A DNA stretch of 64,000 bases from Tepidisphaera sp. (GTDB lineage: Bacteria; Planctomycetota; Phycisphaerae; Phycisphaerales; UBA1924). This document shows positions 41,662 to 51,515 of this stretch, in pieces (positions within the stretch are counted from its first letter, which is position 1; each line of letters begins with the position of its first letter). A program made the translations under genes and the position numbers. Below the pieces are notes generated by a model. It searched no databases. It worked only from the letters and a program-made list of their open reading frames with translations, and had not been told where the DNA came from. The stretch lies in NCBI GenBank assembly GCA_050916045.1, contig CP051526.1, forward strand, positions 1,184,001 through 1,248,000, written 5' to 3'.

Positions 41662-42684
41662 TCAGCCCTGGAACGCTTCGACAAACGCGTCGTAGTCGAA
41701 GAAGTCGATGAAGCAGTCCATGTTGAAGTCCGCGCCCTCGCCGCCGCTCTCGAACGCGCCGACGAACGCGTCATAGTCGAAGAAATCCACGAAACCGTCG
41801 CCGTTGAAGTCCGCCGGGTCACCCACGCGAACCGTGAGCGTCAGCGTCGCCGGCAGATTGACCGGGTTCTCCTTCGTGTAGAACGTCGGGTAGACCCGCT
41901 CGCCCGTGCCGCCGCCCGGGCCGCCGTCCGCCGGTGCCAGCGACGAAACAATCAGATTGATCTTGCCGCGGTTGAGCGCATCGGCGAGGTACCGCTGCAC
42001 CGACGGGTCGCACGGCGAGAGGTCAAACGTCATCACCGTCCCCGCCGGCACGTGGTCGCCGGGCGCGACTTCGTCGGTCGTTGCGATCGCAAGCGGCACC
42101 GCGTCAAACCCCTGACGCACCTGCCGCGACACGTCCGTCGCGACGCCCGCTTCGTCAATCACCGACGCGAAGACGTTGCGAGCCCCTTCGGCCGGATCGA
42201 CTTCCGGCACGCCTCCGAACGCGCTCGACTCCTGGAAGCTCTCAAGCGTCCAGCCGTTGCGGTAGCCCGCGCCGAAAAGCTCGACCGGGCGGCCCAGGTC
42301 GGTGTCAATCGTCCGCCGCGGATCCCCCTCGGGCAGGAGCGACGTGAACGAGTCCGCCGTCGGGTCGTACACCGCTTCCAGATCGCTGGCCACGACGACC
42401 GTCAGCCGCGCCGACATCACGCAGTAGTTGGCCACGCCCAAACCCGGGGTCACGAGAGGGTTCGCCCCGCCGGTCGTGAATCCGAGCAGAAACTGCGCAT
42501 CACGGTCATCGAACCCCGCTTGAAGGATCGCGCCGAACGTCGGAGCCCGTTGCTCCGCACCCCGGCTGAAGTTGAACGGGTACATCCAGCGATCAGCCGA
42601 AGGACGGGTGAAGGAAACGTCGATCACCTGAGCATTCGCGGCCGTACCGGAAGCACACGCGAGCAGAGCGGCAACTCGAAGCAT
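41662..42684 (-). CDS. Secreted protein with C-terminal dockerin/EF-hand-like duplicated domain
   Basis: Signal peptide; ADFNGDGFVDFFDYDAFVGAFESG and ADFNMDCFIDFFDYDAFVEAF repeats. Confidence 0.85.
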   Translation of the reverse strand: MLRVAALLACASGTAANAQVIDVSFTRPSADRWMYPFNFSRGAEQRAPTFGAILQAGFDDRDAQFLLGFTTGGANPLVTPGLGVANYCVMSARLTVVVASDLEAVYDPTADSFTSLLPEGDPRRTIDTDLGRPVELFGAGYRNGWTLESFQESSAFGGVPEVDPAEGARNVFASVIDEAGVATDVSRQVRQGFDAVPLAIATTDEVAPGDHVPAGTVMTFDLSPCDPSVQRYLADALNRGKINLIVSSLAPADGGPGGGTGERVYPTFYTKENPVNLPATLTLTVRVGDPADFNGDGFVDFFDYDAFVGAFESGGEGADFNMDCFIDFFDYDAFVEAFQG

Positions 42685-42742
42685 TGAACGACTCCTTGTG
42701 AGACCTGACGGAAACCGGACGAAAAGTTCTTCCGATAATCAG

Positions 42743-42759
42743 TGGAGACTGAGTCTCAA
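42743..42759. promoter_or_regulatory. Palindromic operator, Fur-box-like
   Basis: TG-GAGACT-G-AGTCTC-AA in an AT-rich divergent intergenic region. Confidence 0.55.
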
Positions 42760-42798
42760 TCAGTTACCATAGAACAAGAAGGGTTACGGTTCAACAAG

Positions 42799-43725
42799 AT
42801 GTTTGGTTTCGCCAAGCCAAAATTCCCGATCTTTTCGACGACCGCACGCGTGGCTGGGGTTCGGGGCCCACGTGGGTTCACCCTGATCGAGCTTTTGGTC
42901 GTGATTGGGATCATTGCCCTGCTCGTGGCGCTCATGCTTCCGGTCTTGGCGAAGGCCAAGGCCATCGGAAAGCAGTGCCGCGAGCTGGCGGCGGCGAAGC
43001 AGCTTTCGACGGCGTTCACGGTCTACAGCGACGCCAACAAGGGCCGGGTGCTAACGGGGATTCCCACCACGGCGATGGTCGCAGGCCAGATGGTCGTGAC
43101 CAATCAGGCGGGCCAGCGGATCTACGGCGAGGAAGCCGCGCGATACCCGTGGCGGATCGCTCCGTACCTCGAGTACGACTTCCGCGGGCTGTACCAGTCT
43201 GATGAAATGCTCCGCGAAGCCCGGGCGGTCGGCGAAGCCGGGGGCGGCGCGGACCAGACCTACGAGTACGTCGTGAGCTTGTTCCCGAGCTTGGGGATGA
43301 ACGTCGCGTTCATCGGCGGAGCGGACCGGTTCGGAGCCTTCGATCGCATCTTCCAGCAGCGACTTGGCCGTCAGCACATCCTCAGGCTCGACGAAGTCGC
43401 CAAGCCGAGCAAGCTGCTGACGTTTGTCTCGGCGCGCTGCGAGACGCAGCCCGCCGCGCCCAACCTTGGCCGTCCTGAGGGGTTCTTCCGCGTCGAGCCG
43501 CCCAGGTTCTCCTTGTCCGAGGGCGAGCGGTGGGAATCCGCGTACGACCCCAAAGCCGAAGCTCCCGGCGTCAACTCCGGGTTCGTCTCCCTCCGCCACA
43601 TGAATCGCGCCGTCACCACCACGATCGACGGTCACGCTGAGATGCTCGGATGGGACGATCTCCGCGACATGGAGCGATGGGCGAACAAAGCCACCTCGCG
43701 CGACTGGATGATCGGGGCGAACTGA
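42799..43725 (+). CDS. Prepilin-type protein with H-X9-DG motif (DUF1559-like)
   Basis: RGFTLIELLVVIGIIALLVALMLPVL; RHMNRAVTTTIDGH; ORF opens at 42742 inside the operator, start 42799 preferred. Confidence 0.88.
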   Translation: MFGFAKPKFPIFSTTARVAGVRGPRGFTLIELLVVIGIIALLVALMLPVLAKAKAIGKQCRELAAAKQLSTAFTVYSDANKGRVLTGIPTTAMVAGQMVVTNQAGQRIYGEEAARYPWRIAPYLEYDFRGLYQSDEMLREARAVGEAGGGADQTYEYVVSLFPSLGMNVAFIGGADRFGAFDRIFQQRLGRQHILRLDEVAKPSKLLTFVSARCETQPAAPNLGRPEGFFRVEPPRFSLSEGERWESAYDPKAEAPGVNSGFVSLRHMNRAVTTTIDGHAEMLGWDDLRDMERWANKATSRDWMIGAN

Positions 43726-43775
43726 TCCGTCCGCGCCTGCGGGCTTGGTGTGCCGCGCGGCCGTAAAGTGCCCGC

Positions 43776-44195
43776 ATGAGCGACACGATTTTCGGCAAGA
43801 TCATCCGCGGGGAGATCCCCTGTCACAAGGTGTACGAGGACGCGGCGGTCCTGGCGTTCCTCGATGTCTTCCCCCTCTCACGCGGGCACACGCTGGTCAT
43901 CCCCAAGGAAGCAGTCGCGACGCTGGACGCCCTGAGCGACGACGCGGCGGCGGCGGTGGGGCGGGCTCTGCCGCGGATCTGCCGGGCGGTGAAGGCCGCG
44001 ACGGGGTGCGCCGGGTTCAATACCCTGCAGAACAACGGCGCGGCGGCTCACCAAGCCGTCTTCCACGTGCACTTTCACATCATCCCCAAGTACGAGGACG
44101 GCAAGGGGCTGGGGATCGTGTGGGGAGCGGGGAAACTCGACCACGCCACGGCGCCGGAGTTTGCGGCGACGCTTCGCGGGCTGATTTCAGCCTAG
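43776..44195 (+). CDS. HIT family nucleotide hydrolase
   Basis: TIFGKIIRGEIPC, GHTLVIPK, HVHFHIIP. Confidence 0.93.
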   Translation: MSDTIFGKIIRGEIPCHKVYEDAAVLAFLDVFPLSRGHTLVIPKEAVATLDALSDDAAAAVGRALPRICRAVKAATGCAGFNTLQNNGAAAHQAVFHVHFHIIPKYEDGKGLGIVWGAGKLDHATAPEFAATLRGLISA

Positions 44196-44764
44196 CGACT
44201 TTGTCTGCGGCCGAATACCGCTCCGCGAATCTTCGGGAAGAGAAACAGCGATGCGATGAGGGTGGCAAGCCAACTTGCCGCGATGCCGATCGCGAGCAAG
44301 GTGTGGTCGTGGGTCCAGTCTGTCACGATCGTCGCGCGACCCGGACTGTTCGGGTCGTATCGCAGATTCATGGTCGAACCCACCGGCGGGCGGGTTGCCG
44401 TCGCCCGATCGATGCTCAGAGATTCGCCGGTGGTCCGAAGACCGCGTGCTTGAAAGATCCGGTCCCCCACAGCGTACTCGATGTCCACTTCCATGTAGGT
44501 CGTTGACGCTCTGGTCCGATTCGCGCCGTCGAGGCGAGAATCGAGAACTGTTCCCAGCGTCACGGGCCATGAACTCGCGGAAGCCACCTTTCGCAGGTCC
44601 TCAACTCGAAGCGAGACCGCGACGGAAGTGATGAGGAGTGGCACAAGCACCACGAACACCGGCAGCGGCGGAAGTGCGCGATGCCGGGCCGCGCGGCGCT
44701 CGGCGCGCTCCACTGACTTCTTCTGTTCGTGGGGCGGGATGTCCATGATTGACGGTTGGGGCAT
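44192..44764 (-). CDS. DUF3592-like membrane protein
   Basis: TM, SWPVTLGTV, EYAVG, YDPNSP, TM. Confidence 0.7.
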   Translation of the reverse strand: MPQPSIMDIPPHEQKKSVERAERRAARHRALPPLPVFVVLVPLLITSVAVSLRVEDLRKVASASSWPVTLGTVLDSRLDGANRTRASTTYMEVDIEYAVGDRIFQARGLRTTGESLSIDRATATRPPVGSTMNLRYDPNSPGRATIVTDWTHDHTLLAIGIAASWLATLIASLFLFPKIRGAVFGRRQSR

Positions 44765-44788
44765 GGCCTCGCTTTTGAAGGAGGTGGG

Positions 44789-45313
44789 TCAGTCGAGGCC
44801 GTAAAGCACGCCCTGGGTGGCTTTCCTGAACCTCCAGACGAGGATCGGAAAGGTGATCGCCGCCAGGCTCCAGCACGCGATGAGGATACCCAGGTGTATG
44901 GAGTGCGAGGCCATCCAGTCGGCGGTGAGCGAGATTCGGTCCGGGTCGGAAGGGTCGTACCACACCTTCATCGGGGCGCCGCGTGCGGGGAGCTTGGCGA
45001 GTGCTTCGTCGCGAGAGACTTCCGAGACGATCCGAATCGGGCCCTGCTGGCGCTTCTCTCCGTTCACGACATACTCAATGTCCGCGATGACGCTGAAGGA
45101 CTCCCCGCGAGTGCCCGGGGAGTACACCGAAGCGGCGGTGACGCGTCCATCCACCGTCGGCCATCCCGGGGCGGCGGCGACCCGCCTCAGCTCGCCGACC
45201 CACAGAAACGACAGGATCACACCGATCGCGACCGACAGGACGAAGGTGCCGAAGACGCCGAGCGGAGCCGTCTCGTTGTCGCTTTCCCGATCTTCCCGAC
45301 GCCAAGGGCTCAT
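44789..45313 (-). CDS. DUF3592-like membrane protein
   Basis: TM, WPTVDGRV, EYVVNG, VWYDPSDP, TM. Confidence 0.75.
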   Translation of the reverse strand: MSPWRREDRESDNETAPLGVFGTFVLSVAIGVILSFLWVGELRRVAAAPGWPTVDGRVTAASVYSPGTRGESFSVIADIEYVVNGEKRQQGPIRIVSEVSRDEALAKLPARGAPMKVWYDPSDPDRISLTADWMASHSIHLGILIACWSLAAITFPILVWRFRKATQGVLYGLD

Positions 45314-45320
45314 CGGGGGA

Positions 45321-45776
45321 TTATTGCAGCCCGCGGAACCGGCCAAGGTTGATCTGGTCCGCGTCGATCATCCAGTGAGACTCCTCGCCGACGAACGGGT
45401 CGTCGATGTCGAGGGTCTTGTGCCAATCGAAGACGTAGCGGCTGCCGTCCTTGAGTTCGACGACGGTGGCGGTGTGATGGACGGTCCAACTGACGCGGGA
45501 GACGGTGTTGGCGGACTTGACCTCGGGAAGCTCCGCGAGGCGGCTGCTGATCGCCTTCATGGCCTGTTCGGCGATGCCGGTGCAGACGCGATGGGCGACG
45601 GCGGGTTCGGTGGGGTCCTTTCCGCGGATGACCATCATCGCGTTGCGCACCGCTCCCGTGATGCCCAGATGGTTGGGAAGAAAGACGTAGTTCACGTTGC
45701 GGATGCGCCGACGAAGCTCGGGATCGTCTCCGGCGGTGCGGTTGATCTTCTTGGCCAGTTCGCGAGAAAGGGGCAT
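45321..45776 (-). CDS. Hypothetical protein with possible Cys-His-Asp (transglutaminase/papain-like) triad
   Basis: RVCTGIAE...HHTATVV...YVFDW; GGAG RBS before 45776; ORF opens at 45842. Confidence 0.55.
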   Translation of the reverse strand: MPLSRELAKKINRTAGDDPELRRRIRNVNYVFLPNHLGITGAVRNAMMVIRGKDPTEPAVAHRVCTGIAEQAMKAISSRLAELPEVKSANTVSRVSWTVHHTATVVELKDGSRYVFDWHKTLDIDDPFVGEESHWMIDADQINLGRFRGLQ

Positions 45777-45872
45777 CTTGAGACTCCTGCGGGGGTGCGG
45801 CGGGTCGCCGTGAAGAAAGATGGCACGGCGTTCGGCGTGCATTGCAGGACGCGGGAAAAATGCGACCGCCGC

Positions 45873-48800
45873 TTAGCCGCAGAGCCGCTTGCGGAGCACG
45901 CTCAGGAGCGTTTCGGGCTCGAGGTACTTCTCGGGCGGTCGGAAGTAGACCTCGGCGAGGGTGTCGGAGGTCTGGCTGGCGAGGACGGAGACGCGGGCTT
46001 CGATGGCTTTGGTCTGCCCGGCGGGGACGGCGGCGAGCTTGTCCGCGACCTGCCTGGCGTCGTTGGTGAGGAAGACGACGTCATTGCCGCGAAGGGTGGC
46101 GGTCTTGACGCCCATCGCCGCGCACGCGGTGCGGAGTTCGGCGAGGAGGAAGAGGCGGACGGTGATGCGTGGCGGGTCGCCATAAGCCGCGACCATGTCC
46201 GCTTTGACCTTGTCGAGGTCGGCTTTGGTCGCGGCGGTGGCGATGCGGCGGTAGGCTTCGAGGCGACGCTGGTCGCTTGGGATGTACGAGCGTGGGATGG
46301 TGCCGGTGATGCCGATCTCGATGCTGGTGGCGCTGGGCTTGGGCCTGGGTGCTTCGGCTTTGAGGTCGTGGACCGCGCCTTCGAGGAGCTGGCAGTACAT
46401 CTCGTAGCCGACGGCGGCGATGTGGCCGCTCTGCTCGGGACCCAGGATGTTGCCCGCGCCGCGGATCTCAAGGTCGCGCATCGCGATCTTGAAGCCGGCG
46501 CCGAGCATCGAGTACTGCTCGATCGCGGCGAGGCGCTTCTTGCCCTGTTCGGTCAGCGTGCGTTCTTCCGGGAGGAGCAGGTAGCAGTACGCCCGGTGCT
46601 TGCTGCGGCCCACGCGGCCGCGGAGCTGGTGGAGCTGCGCCAAGCCGAACCGGTCGGCGTCGGCCACGATCATGGTGTTCGCGGTGGGGATGTCGATGCC
46701 GCTCTCGATGATCGTCGTCGAGACGAGGATGTCGGCATCGCCGCGGATGAACTTGAGCATGACCTCTTCGAGCTCTTCGCCCTCCATCTGGCCATGGCCG
46801 TAGACGACACGGGCGCCCGGGGCGAGTCCCTGCACGCGGTCGGCGACCTCCTTGATGTTGTGGACGGCGTTGTGGACGTAGAAAACCTGCCCCTCGCGGG
46901 CGAGCTCGCGCCTGATGGCTTGCTGGATGCGGCGCTCGTTGTACGGGAGCACTTCCGTCACGATCGCCCGGCGGTCCACCGGCGGCGTCGTCAGGTTGCT
47001 GATGTCACGGATGCCGAGGAGGGCCATGTGGAGCGTCCGCGGGATCGGCGTCGCGGAAAGCGTGAGAACATCCGCCGTCAGCCGAAGCCGCAGCAACCGC
47101 TCCTTGTGCTCGACGCCGAACCGCTGTTCCTCGTCGACGACGACAAGCCCGAGATCCGCAAACTTCACATCCTCGGAGAGGACGCGGTGCGTGCCGATGA
47201 GGACATCGATCTGGCCCTTGCGAGCGGCTTCGAGGATCTCCTTGGTTTCCTTGCCCTCCTTGAACCGCGAGATGGACTCGATGCGGAAGGGATAGCCGGA
47301 GAACCGGCTCTTAAAGGTCCGTTCGTGCTGTTCGGCGAGAACGGTGGTGGGGACGAGGACCGCGACCTGCTTGCCGTACTCGGCGGCTTTGAATGCCGCG
47401 CGGATCGCAAGCTCGGTCTTGCCGAACCCGACATCGCCGCAGATCAGGCGGTCCATCGGGCGGTCTTTCTGCATGTCGGCTTTGATCGAAGCCAGTCCCG
47501 CGACCTGATCCTCGGTTTCTTCGTACGGGAACTCCTCCTCGAACTCACGCTGCCACGCGGTGTCGGCGGGGAAGCTGATCCCCGGCATGTGCTCGCGGGC
47601 GGCACGGACGCGGAGCAGCTCGCCCGCGAGGTCGCGGACTGATTCCTCGACGCGGTCCTTCTGGTTCTGCCAGCGCGTGCCGCCGAGGGTCGAGAGGGGC
47701 GGCTTGCCCTTGAACCCGCCGACGTACTTCTGGACCAGGTCGATCTGGACGGCGGGGATATAGAGCTTGCTCTTGCCTGCGAACTCGAGGACGAGGTATT
47801 CCTGTTCGTCCAGGTCCTTCTTGCCCTTGGCGGCTTTCGGTGCGCCGGGGAGATCACGCGGCGTCATCATCGCGAGGCCGACGAGCTGGGCGATGCCGTG
47901 GTCGGCGTGGACGACGAAGTCCCCGACCGAGAGGTCGAGGAAGGTGTCCATCGCGCGGCCGGCGGAGATCTTTCCGCCGCGGCGACGGACGGTGAAGCGA
48001 TTGAGGAGTTCGTGGTACGGGACGAACGCGGTGCCGCCCTTCGCGACCGATGGATCAAGCCAGGTGAACCCCTCGTGCAGGTACGCGAGGACGGCTTGGA
48101 TGCGACTCTCGCCGGGCAGGTGCTCGGTGAGAAGCTCGCCGAACCGCTGCTTCTCGCCGTCGTTCTGACAGGTGACGATCGCCCGGCCCTCGGACGCGAG
48201 GTTGCCGAGCTCCTTGAAGGCTTCGGCGAGGTCCTTCGCGAAAGGGGGGATGCTCGCGACGGGGAGGTCGATGGCGGCGTCGGCGAGAGCGGCACCGGCG
48301 GAGAAGCGGTTCACCTCGGCGACGGCGTGGCCGTGCTTCTGCAGAGCGGCGAGGACCGCGGGAGGGCCGAAGATGCCGCGAGCGTCGGTGACACGCTCGT
48401 AATAGCCGCGGGCCTGCTCCACGATTTCGGCGAGCTCGCTGAGAATGACGATCACGCCGGGCGGGAGGAGCGTGGGCATCAGCACGCCGCGCTCGGTCTG
48501 GATGAGTGCCGGGTCGGCGGCGAGAAGCTCGACGCGGTCGATCGCCCGGTCCGAGCCCATCGTGTTGAGGTCGATCTCGGTGAGCTTGTCGACCTCATCG
48601 CCGAAGAAGTCGAGTCGCACGGGGATTGCTTTCGCGGCCGAACCTTCGCCTCCGCCGGGCGGGAAGATGTCGAGGATGCCGCCGCGGACGGCGAACTCGC
48701 CGGGCTCTTCGACGGCGTCGCGGCGCGAGTAGCCCGCGCCCTCAAGCCAGCGGACCAAGCCTGACATCGGCACCGTCTGGCCGCGGGCGATCTCTCGCGT

Positions 48801-49250
48801 GAGCTGAGAGAGCGACTCGACCGGCGGCAAGCCCTGCATGAGCGCCTGGATCGGGGCGACGAGGACTTCGGGAAGCGTGCCGGAACCCAGGCTTCGCAGG
48901 ACGCGGAGCCGCTCGGCGAAGAGATCGAGGGCTGCGGCGGATTCGCCGGGGAGGGCTTCGAGCACGGGGAGGCGGGACGAAGCGACGCCCATGGAGAGGA
49001 GCTCATCGACGGCTTCGTCGGCTTCGTCGAGGTGAGCGGCGACGAGGAGGACGGGCTTGCTGGTGAGGCGGCCGATGGCGGCGGCGATGAGGTGTGTGGC
49101 GGAGCCTGCGGCGCCGCGAGCGACGGCACGCTTGCTGGCGTTGAGCGCCTGCGCGAGGTCCGCGAGGGTCGCGGTGCGCTGGATGTGGTCGATCGGTGTG
49201 GTCATGGTCGCCGCGGCATCATTCGCACCATCGGCACGCGAGCCGGGCAT
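45873..49250 (-). CDS. mfd: Transcription-repair coupling factor
   Basis: GEFAVRGGILDIF, VVHADHGI, GDVGFGKTE, DEEQRFGV, SATPIPRTL, QLRGRVGR, DLEIRGAGNILG. Confidence 0.97.
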   Translation of the reverse strand: MPGSRADGANDAAATMTTPIDHIQRTATLADLAQALNASKRAVARGAAGSATHLIAAAIGRLTSKPVLLVAAHLDEADEAVDELLSMGVASSRLPVLEALPGESAAALDLFAERLRVLRSLGSGTLPEVLVAPIQALMQGLPPVESLSQLTREIARGQTVPMSGLVRWLEGAGYSRRDAVEEPGEFAVRGGILDIFPPGGGEGSAAKAIPVRLDFFGDEVDKLTEIDLNTMGSDRAIDRVELLAADPALIQTERGVLMPTLLPPGVIVILSELAEIVEQARGYYERVTDARGIFGPPAVLAALQKHGHAVAEVNRFSAGAALADAAIDLPVASIPPFAKDLAEAFKELGNLASEGRAIVTCQNDGEKQRFGELLTEHLPGESRIQAVLAYLHEGFTWLDPSVAKGGTAFVPYHELLNRFTVRRRGGKISAGRAMDTFLDLSVGDFVVHADHGIAQLVGLAMMTPRDLPGAPKAAKGKKDLDEQEYLVLEFAGKSKLYIPAVQIDLVQKYVGGFKGKPPLSTLGGTRWQNQKDRVEESVRDLAGELLRVRAAREHMPGISFPADTAWQREFEEEFPYEETEDQVAGLASIKADMQKDRPMDRLICGDVGFGKTELAIRAAFKAAEYGKQVAVLVPTTVLAEQHERTFKSRFSGYPFRIESISRFKEGKETKEILEAARKGQIDVLIGTHRVLSEDVKFADLGLVVVDEEQRFGVEHKERLLRLRLTADVLTLSATPIPRTLHMALLGIRDISNLTTPPVDRRAIVTEVLPYNERRIQQAIRRELAREGQVFYVHNAVHNIKEVADRVQGLAPGARVVYGHGQMEGEELEEVMLKFIRGDADILVSTTIIESGIDIPTANTMIVADADRFGLAQLHQLRGRVGRSKHRAYCYLLLPEERTLTEQGKKRLAAIEQYSMLGAGFKIAMRDLEIRGAGNILGPEQSGHIAAVGYEMYCQLLEGAVHDLKAEAPRPKPSATSIEIGITGTIPRSYIPSDQRRLEAYRRIATAATKADLDKVKADMVAAYGDPPRITVRLFLLAELRTACAAMGVKTATLRGNDVVFLTNDARQVADKLAAVPAGQTKAIEARVSVLASQTSDTLAEVYFRPPEKYLEPETLLSVLRKRLCG

Positions 49251-49253
49251 GGG

Positions 49254-49523
49254 TTACTTTCGCTTGAGCGCGTCGGCGACGAGCTCGGCGAAGGCTTTGG
49301 CGTTGCGGGCTTCGACGACGGGAGCGGATTTCGCGGCGGGGACGCCGGCTTTGGTGAGGAGGTCACCGGCTTTGGCCCAGAGCTTGTCGGCGGCTTTGCC
49401 TTCGGCGAGGAAGACCTCGCCGACGAGTTCCTGGAGCTGGGTGAGGGTGCGGGTGTCCGCGTGCTCGTAGAAGCGGTTGATGGCTTTCTTGGCTGTCTTG
49501 GAGAAGTGTCCGCCGTAGGTCAT
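49254..49523 (-). CDS. Small helical hypothetical protein
   Basis: 89-aa ORF with host codon usage; TATCCT hexamer 5 nt upstream; ends 3 nt before mfd ATG. Confidence 0.7.
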   Translation of the reverse strand: MTYGGHFSKTAKKAINRFYEHADTRTLTQLQELVGEVFLAEGKAADKLWAKAGDLLTKAGVPAAKSAPVVEARNAKAFAELVADALKRK

Positions 49524-49618
49524 GCCCGAGGATATCCCGGGGTTGGTGGAGGGTCGCTTGCAACGGGAGAGACGGGATGGTACACTAACCGATCGGTTAT
49601 CTATTCCAGGAGAAACGC

Positions 49619-50143
49619 ATGATCCGCTGTCTCGCCTTGTCCACTGTCGTTTCGATCGCTCTGCTCGCCGGGTGCGCCCACACGGGGGGTACGCAGCCGA
49701 GCCCCGCGACCAATCCGCAAGCCATGCTCGACGCGGTCAAGAGCATGAAGGGTGACTGGATGATGATCGACGACAAGGGCGTCGCTCAGCCGGCTTCGAC
49801 GTTCACGGTGTCGTCCAACGGGTCGGTCGTCCGCGAGATCATGTTCCAGGGCACCGAGCACGAGATGACGAACATGTACCACCTCGACGGCAACTCGCTC
49901 ATCATGACGCACTACTGCGCGATGGGCAACCAGCCGCGGATGCGGGCGGTCGCGTTTGACGGCAAGACGATTGCGTTCGGGCCCGACAGCGTCACCAACC
50001 TCAAGGGCGACGCGGCGTACATGGGGAGCATGACGATGACATTCACCGACGCCGACAACGTGCTCATGGACTGGCGGAGCATCAAGAACGGCAAGCCGGA
50101 CGGCTCGCACGACGCGCCGTTCAAGCTGACGCGGAAGAAGTAA
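49619..50143 (+). CDS. Hypothetical lipoprotein (beta-barrel-like)
   Basis: AGGAG RBS; LAGC lipobox; HEMTNMY, MTHYCAMGNQPRM. Confidence 0.8.
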   Translation: MIRCLALSTVVSIALLAGCAHTGGTQPSPATNPQAMLDAVKSMKGDWMMIDDKGVAQPASTFTVSSNGSVVREIMFQGTEHEMTNMYHLDGNSLIMTHYCAMGNQPRMRAVAFDGKTIAFGPDSVTNLKGDAAYMGSMTMTFTDADNVLMDWRSIKNGKPDGSHDAPFKLTRKK

Positions 50144-50160
50144 GCGGTCGACCAACGAGA

Positions 50161-50201
50161 AAGAGCCCGACCCGTGCCGTCCGGCGTGGGTCAGGCTCTT
50201 T
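50161..50201. terminator. Hairpin between convergent genes
   Basis: AAGAGCCCGACCC...GGGTCAGGCTCTTT imperfect long stem. Confidence 0.55.
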
Positions 50202-50222
50202 GGCTTGGCTTCACGAAAGGTC

Positions 50223-51479
50223 CTACTTCGACGCCGCCTGCAGAGCGATAAGCGAGTACGCCGTGATCAGAACCGGGTCGTTCTCCATCCAGCGGTCGTC
50301 GACGCTCTTGAATGAGCCGTCGGCCTGTTGGAGTTCGGCGAGGCGGTTGATGAGGTCGACGCGCCAGTCGCGTTTGCCGGCGTTGCCGTCGTCCTTGGTC
50401 TGGCCCTTGATCTTGGTCTCGCCGCTGGCTTCCAGAGCACGCCCGAACGTGAGCAGGTAGTAGTAGTACCCGTCGGTGCCCATGCCGGGGTTCTCGGCGA
50501 GGGTGTAGTTCTCGGAGATCCAGCGGAGCGCGTTGGTCACGCGCGGGTCGTCCTTCTTGAGGCCGGCGTAGATGTACGACTTGAACCCCGCGTAAGTCAT
50601 CGAGCCGTAGGCGCGAAGTTTGGACGCTTTCGTGCCGTCGCTCAGCGTTTCCTCGATGGTGCCGGCGAAGGACTGGCCGATGCCGATCTGGTCTTTGTTG
50701 ACGCTCGTGGCGTAGATGAACCCGCCCTGGTTCGTGCCGTCGGCGTACGCCATCTCGTTGATGCTGTCGACCATCTGGCAGCGCTGCAGGAAGACCAGAG
50801 CACGCTGGAACGCCGGATCGTCGGTCGGCAAGCCTGAGTCGTACAGAGCTTCGATCGCCCACTGGGTGTTGGACATGTCGGGACGGCCGTGCTTGCCGTA
50901 GCCCCAGCCGCCGTAGAACGAGTCGCTCTTTTCGACGGGCTTGGGTGATTCATCAAGACCGGCGATGGTGACGGCTTCCTCGGAGTACTGGAGCTTCTTG
51001 AGGAAGGTCTGGGCTTTGGCGATGGCGTCCTTGGCCTGTGGCTGTTTGGAGGTCGCGATGGCGGTCAGGCAGATCGCGGTGTTGTACGTGGGCAGAGCGG
51101 CGACATAGATCCCGCCGTCGGCTTTCTGCGCGGACAGCAGGTACTTCATCCCGGCCAGGACCGTCGGGTCCTGCTCGGTCATGCCGGGCTCGAGCATCAT
51201 GCCGCGGATGACCAACCCGGTGATCGCGGGGAAGGGAGCAACGCCGTCCTTGACGCCCCAGGCACCGAGCGACGCATCCATCTTGGTTCGGAGGAACTCG
51301 ATGGCTTTCGCCCGCATCTCCTTGGCTTGCTTCGCGGTCGCTTCCGGGAGCGCCTCGCGAGCGGGCGCTGCGGGATGCGAAGCCGAAGCCGGCTGAGCGG
51401 CGGGCCGAACGGCTGATTGCGGAGCGGGGGCGGCGGGTTGAGCGAGGCAAGCGAGGGCGATGAGCGTTGAAACAAGCAT
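50223..51479 (-). CDS. Secreted prenyltransferase/squalene-cyclase-repeat (alpha-alpha barrel) protein
   Basis: QW-like repeats (YLLSAQKADGG, FLKKLQY, GGWGY, LQQADGSF); DMSNTQW; signal peptide; GGAGG RBS. Confidence 0.8.
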   Translation of the reverse strand: MLVSTLIALACLAQPAAPAPQSAVRPAAQPASASHPAAPAREALPEATAKQAKEMRAKAIEFLRTKMDASLGAWGVKDGVAPFPAITGLVIRGMMLEPGMTEQDPTVLAGMKYLLSAQKADGGIYVAALPTYNTAICLTAIATSKQPQAKDAIAKAQTFLKKLQYSEEAVTIAGLDESPKPVEKSDSFYGGWGYGKHGRPDMSNTQWAIEALYDSGLPTDDPAFQRALVFLQRCQMVDSINEMAYADGTNQGGFIYATSVNKDQIGIGQSFAGTIEETLSDGTKASKLRAYGSMTYAGFKSYIYAGLKKDDPRVTNALRWISENYTLAENPGMGTDGYYYYLLTFGRALEASGETKIKGQTKDDGNAGKRDWRVDLINRLAELQQADGSFKSVDDRWMENDPVLITAYSLIALQAASK

Positions 51480-51515
51480 CGATGGACCTCCGTTTTCAAG
51501 ATGGTAGCTCTGGAC

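Noticed and set aside
44817..47642. Long antisense ORFs (941 aa here; also 11821-13980, 23453-25423, 25077-27494, 36463-38349)
   Set aside because: Shadow frames of well-supported genes in high-GC DNA, with no recognisable motifs
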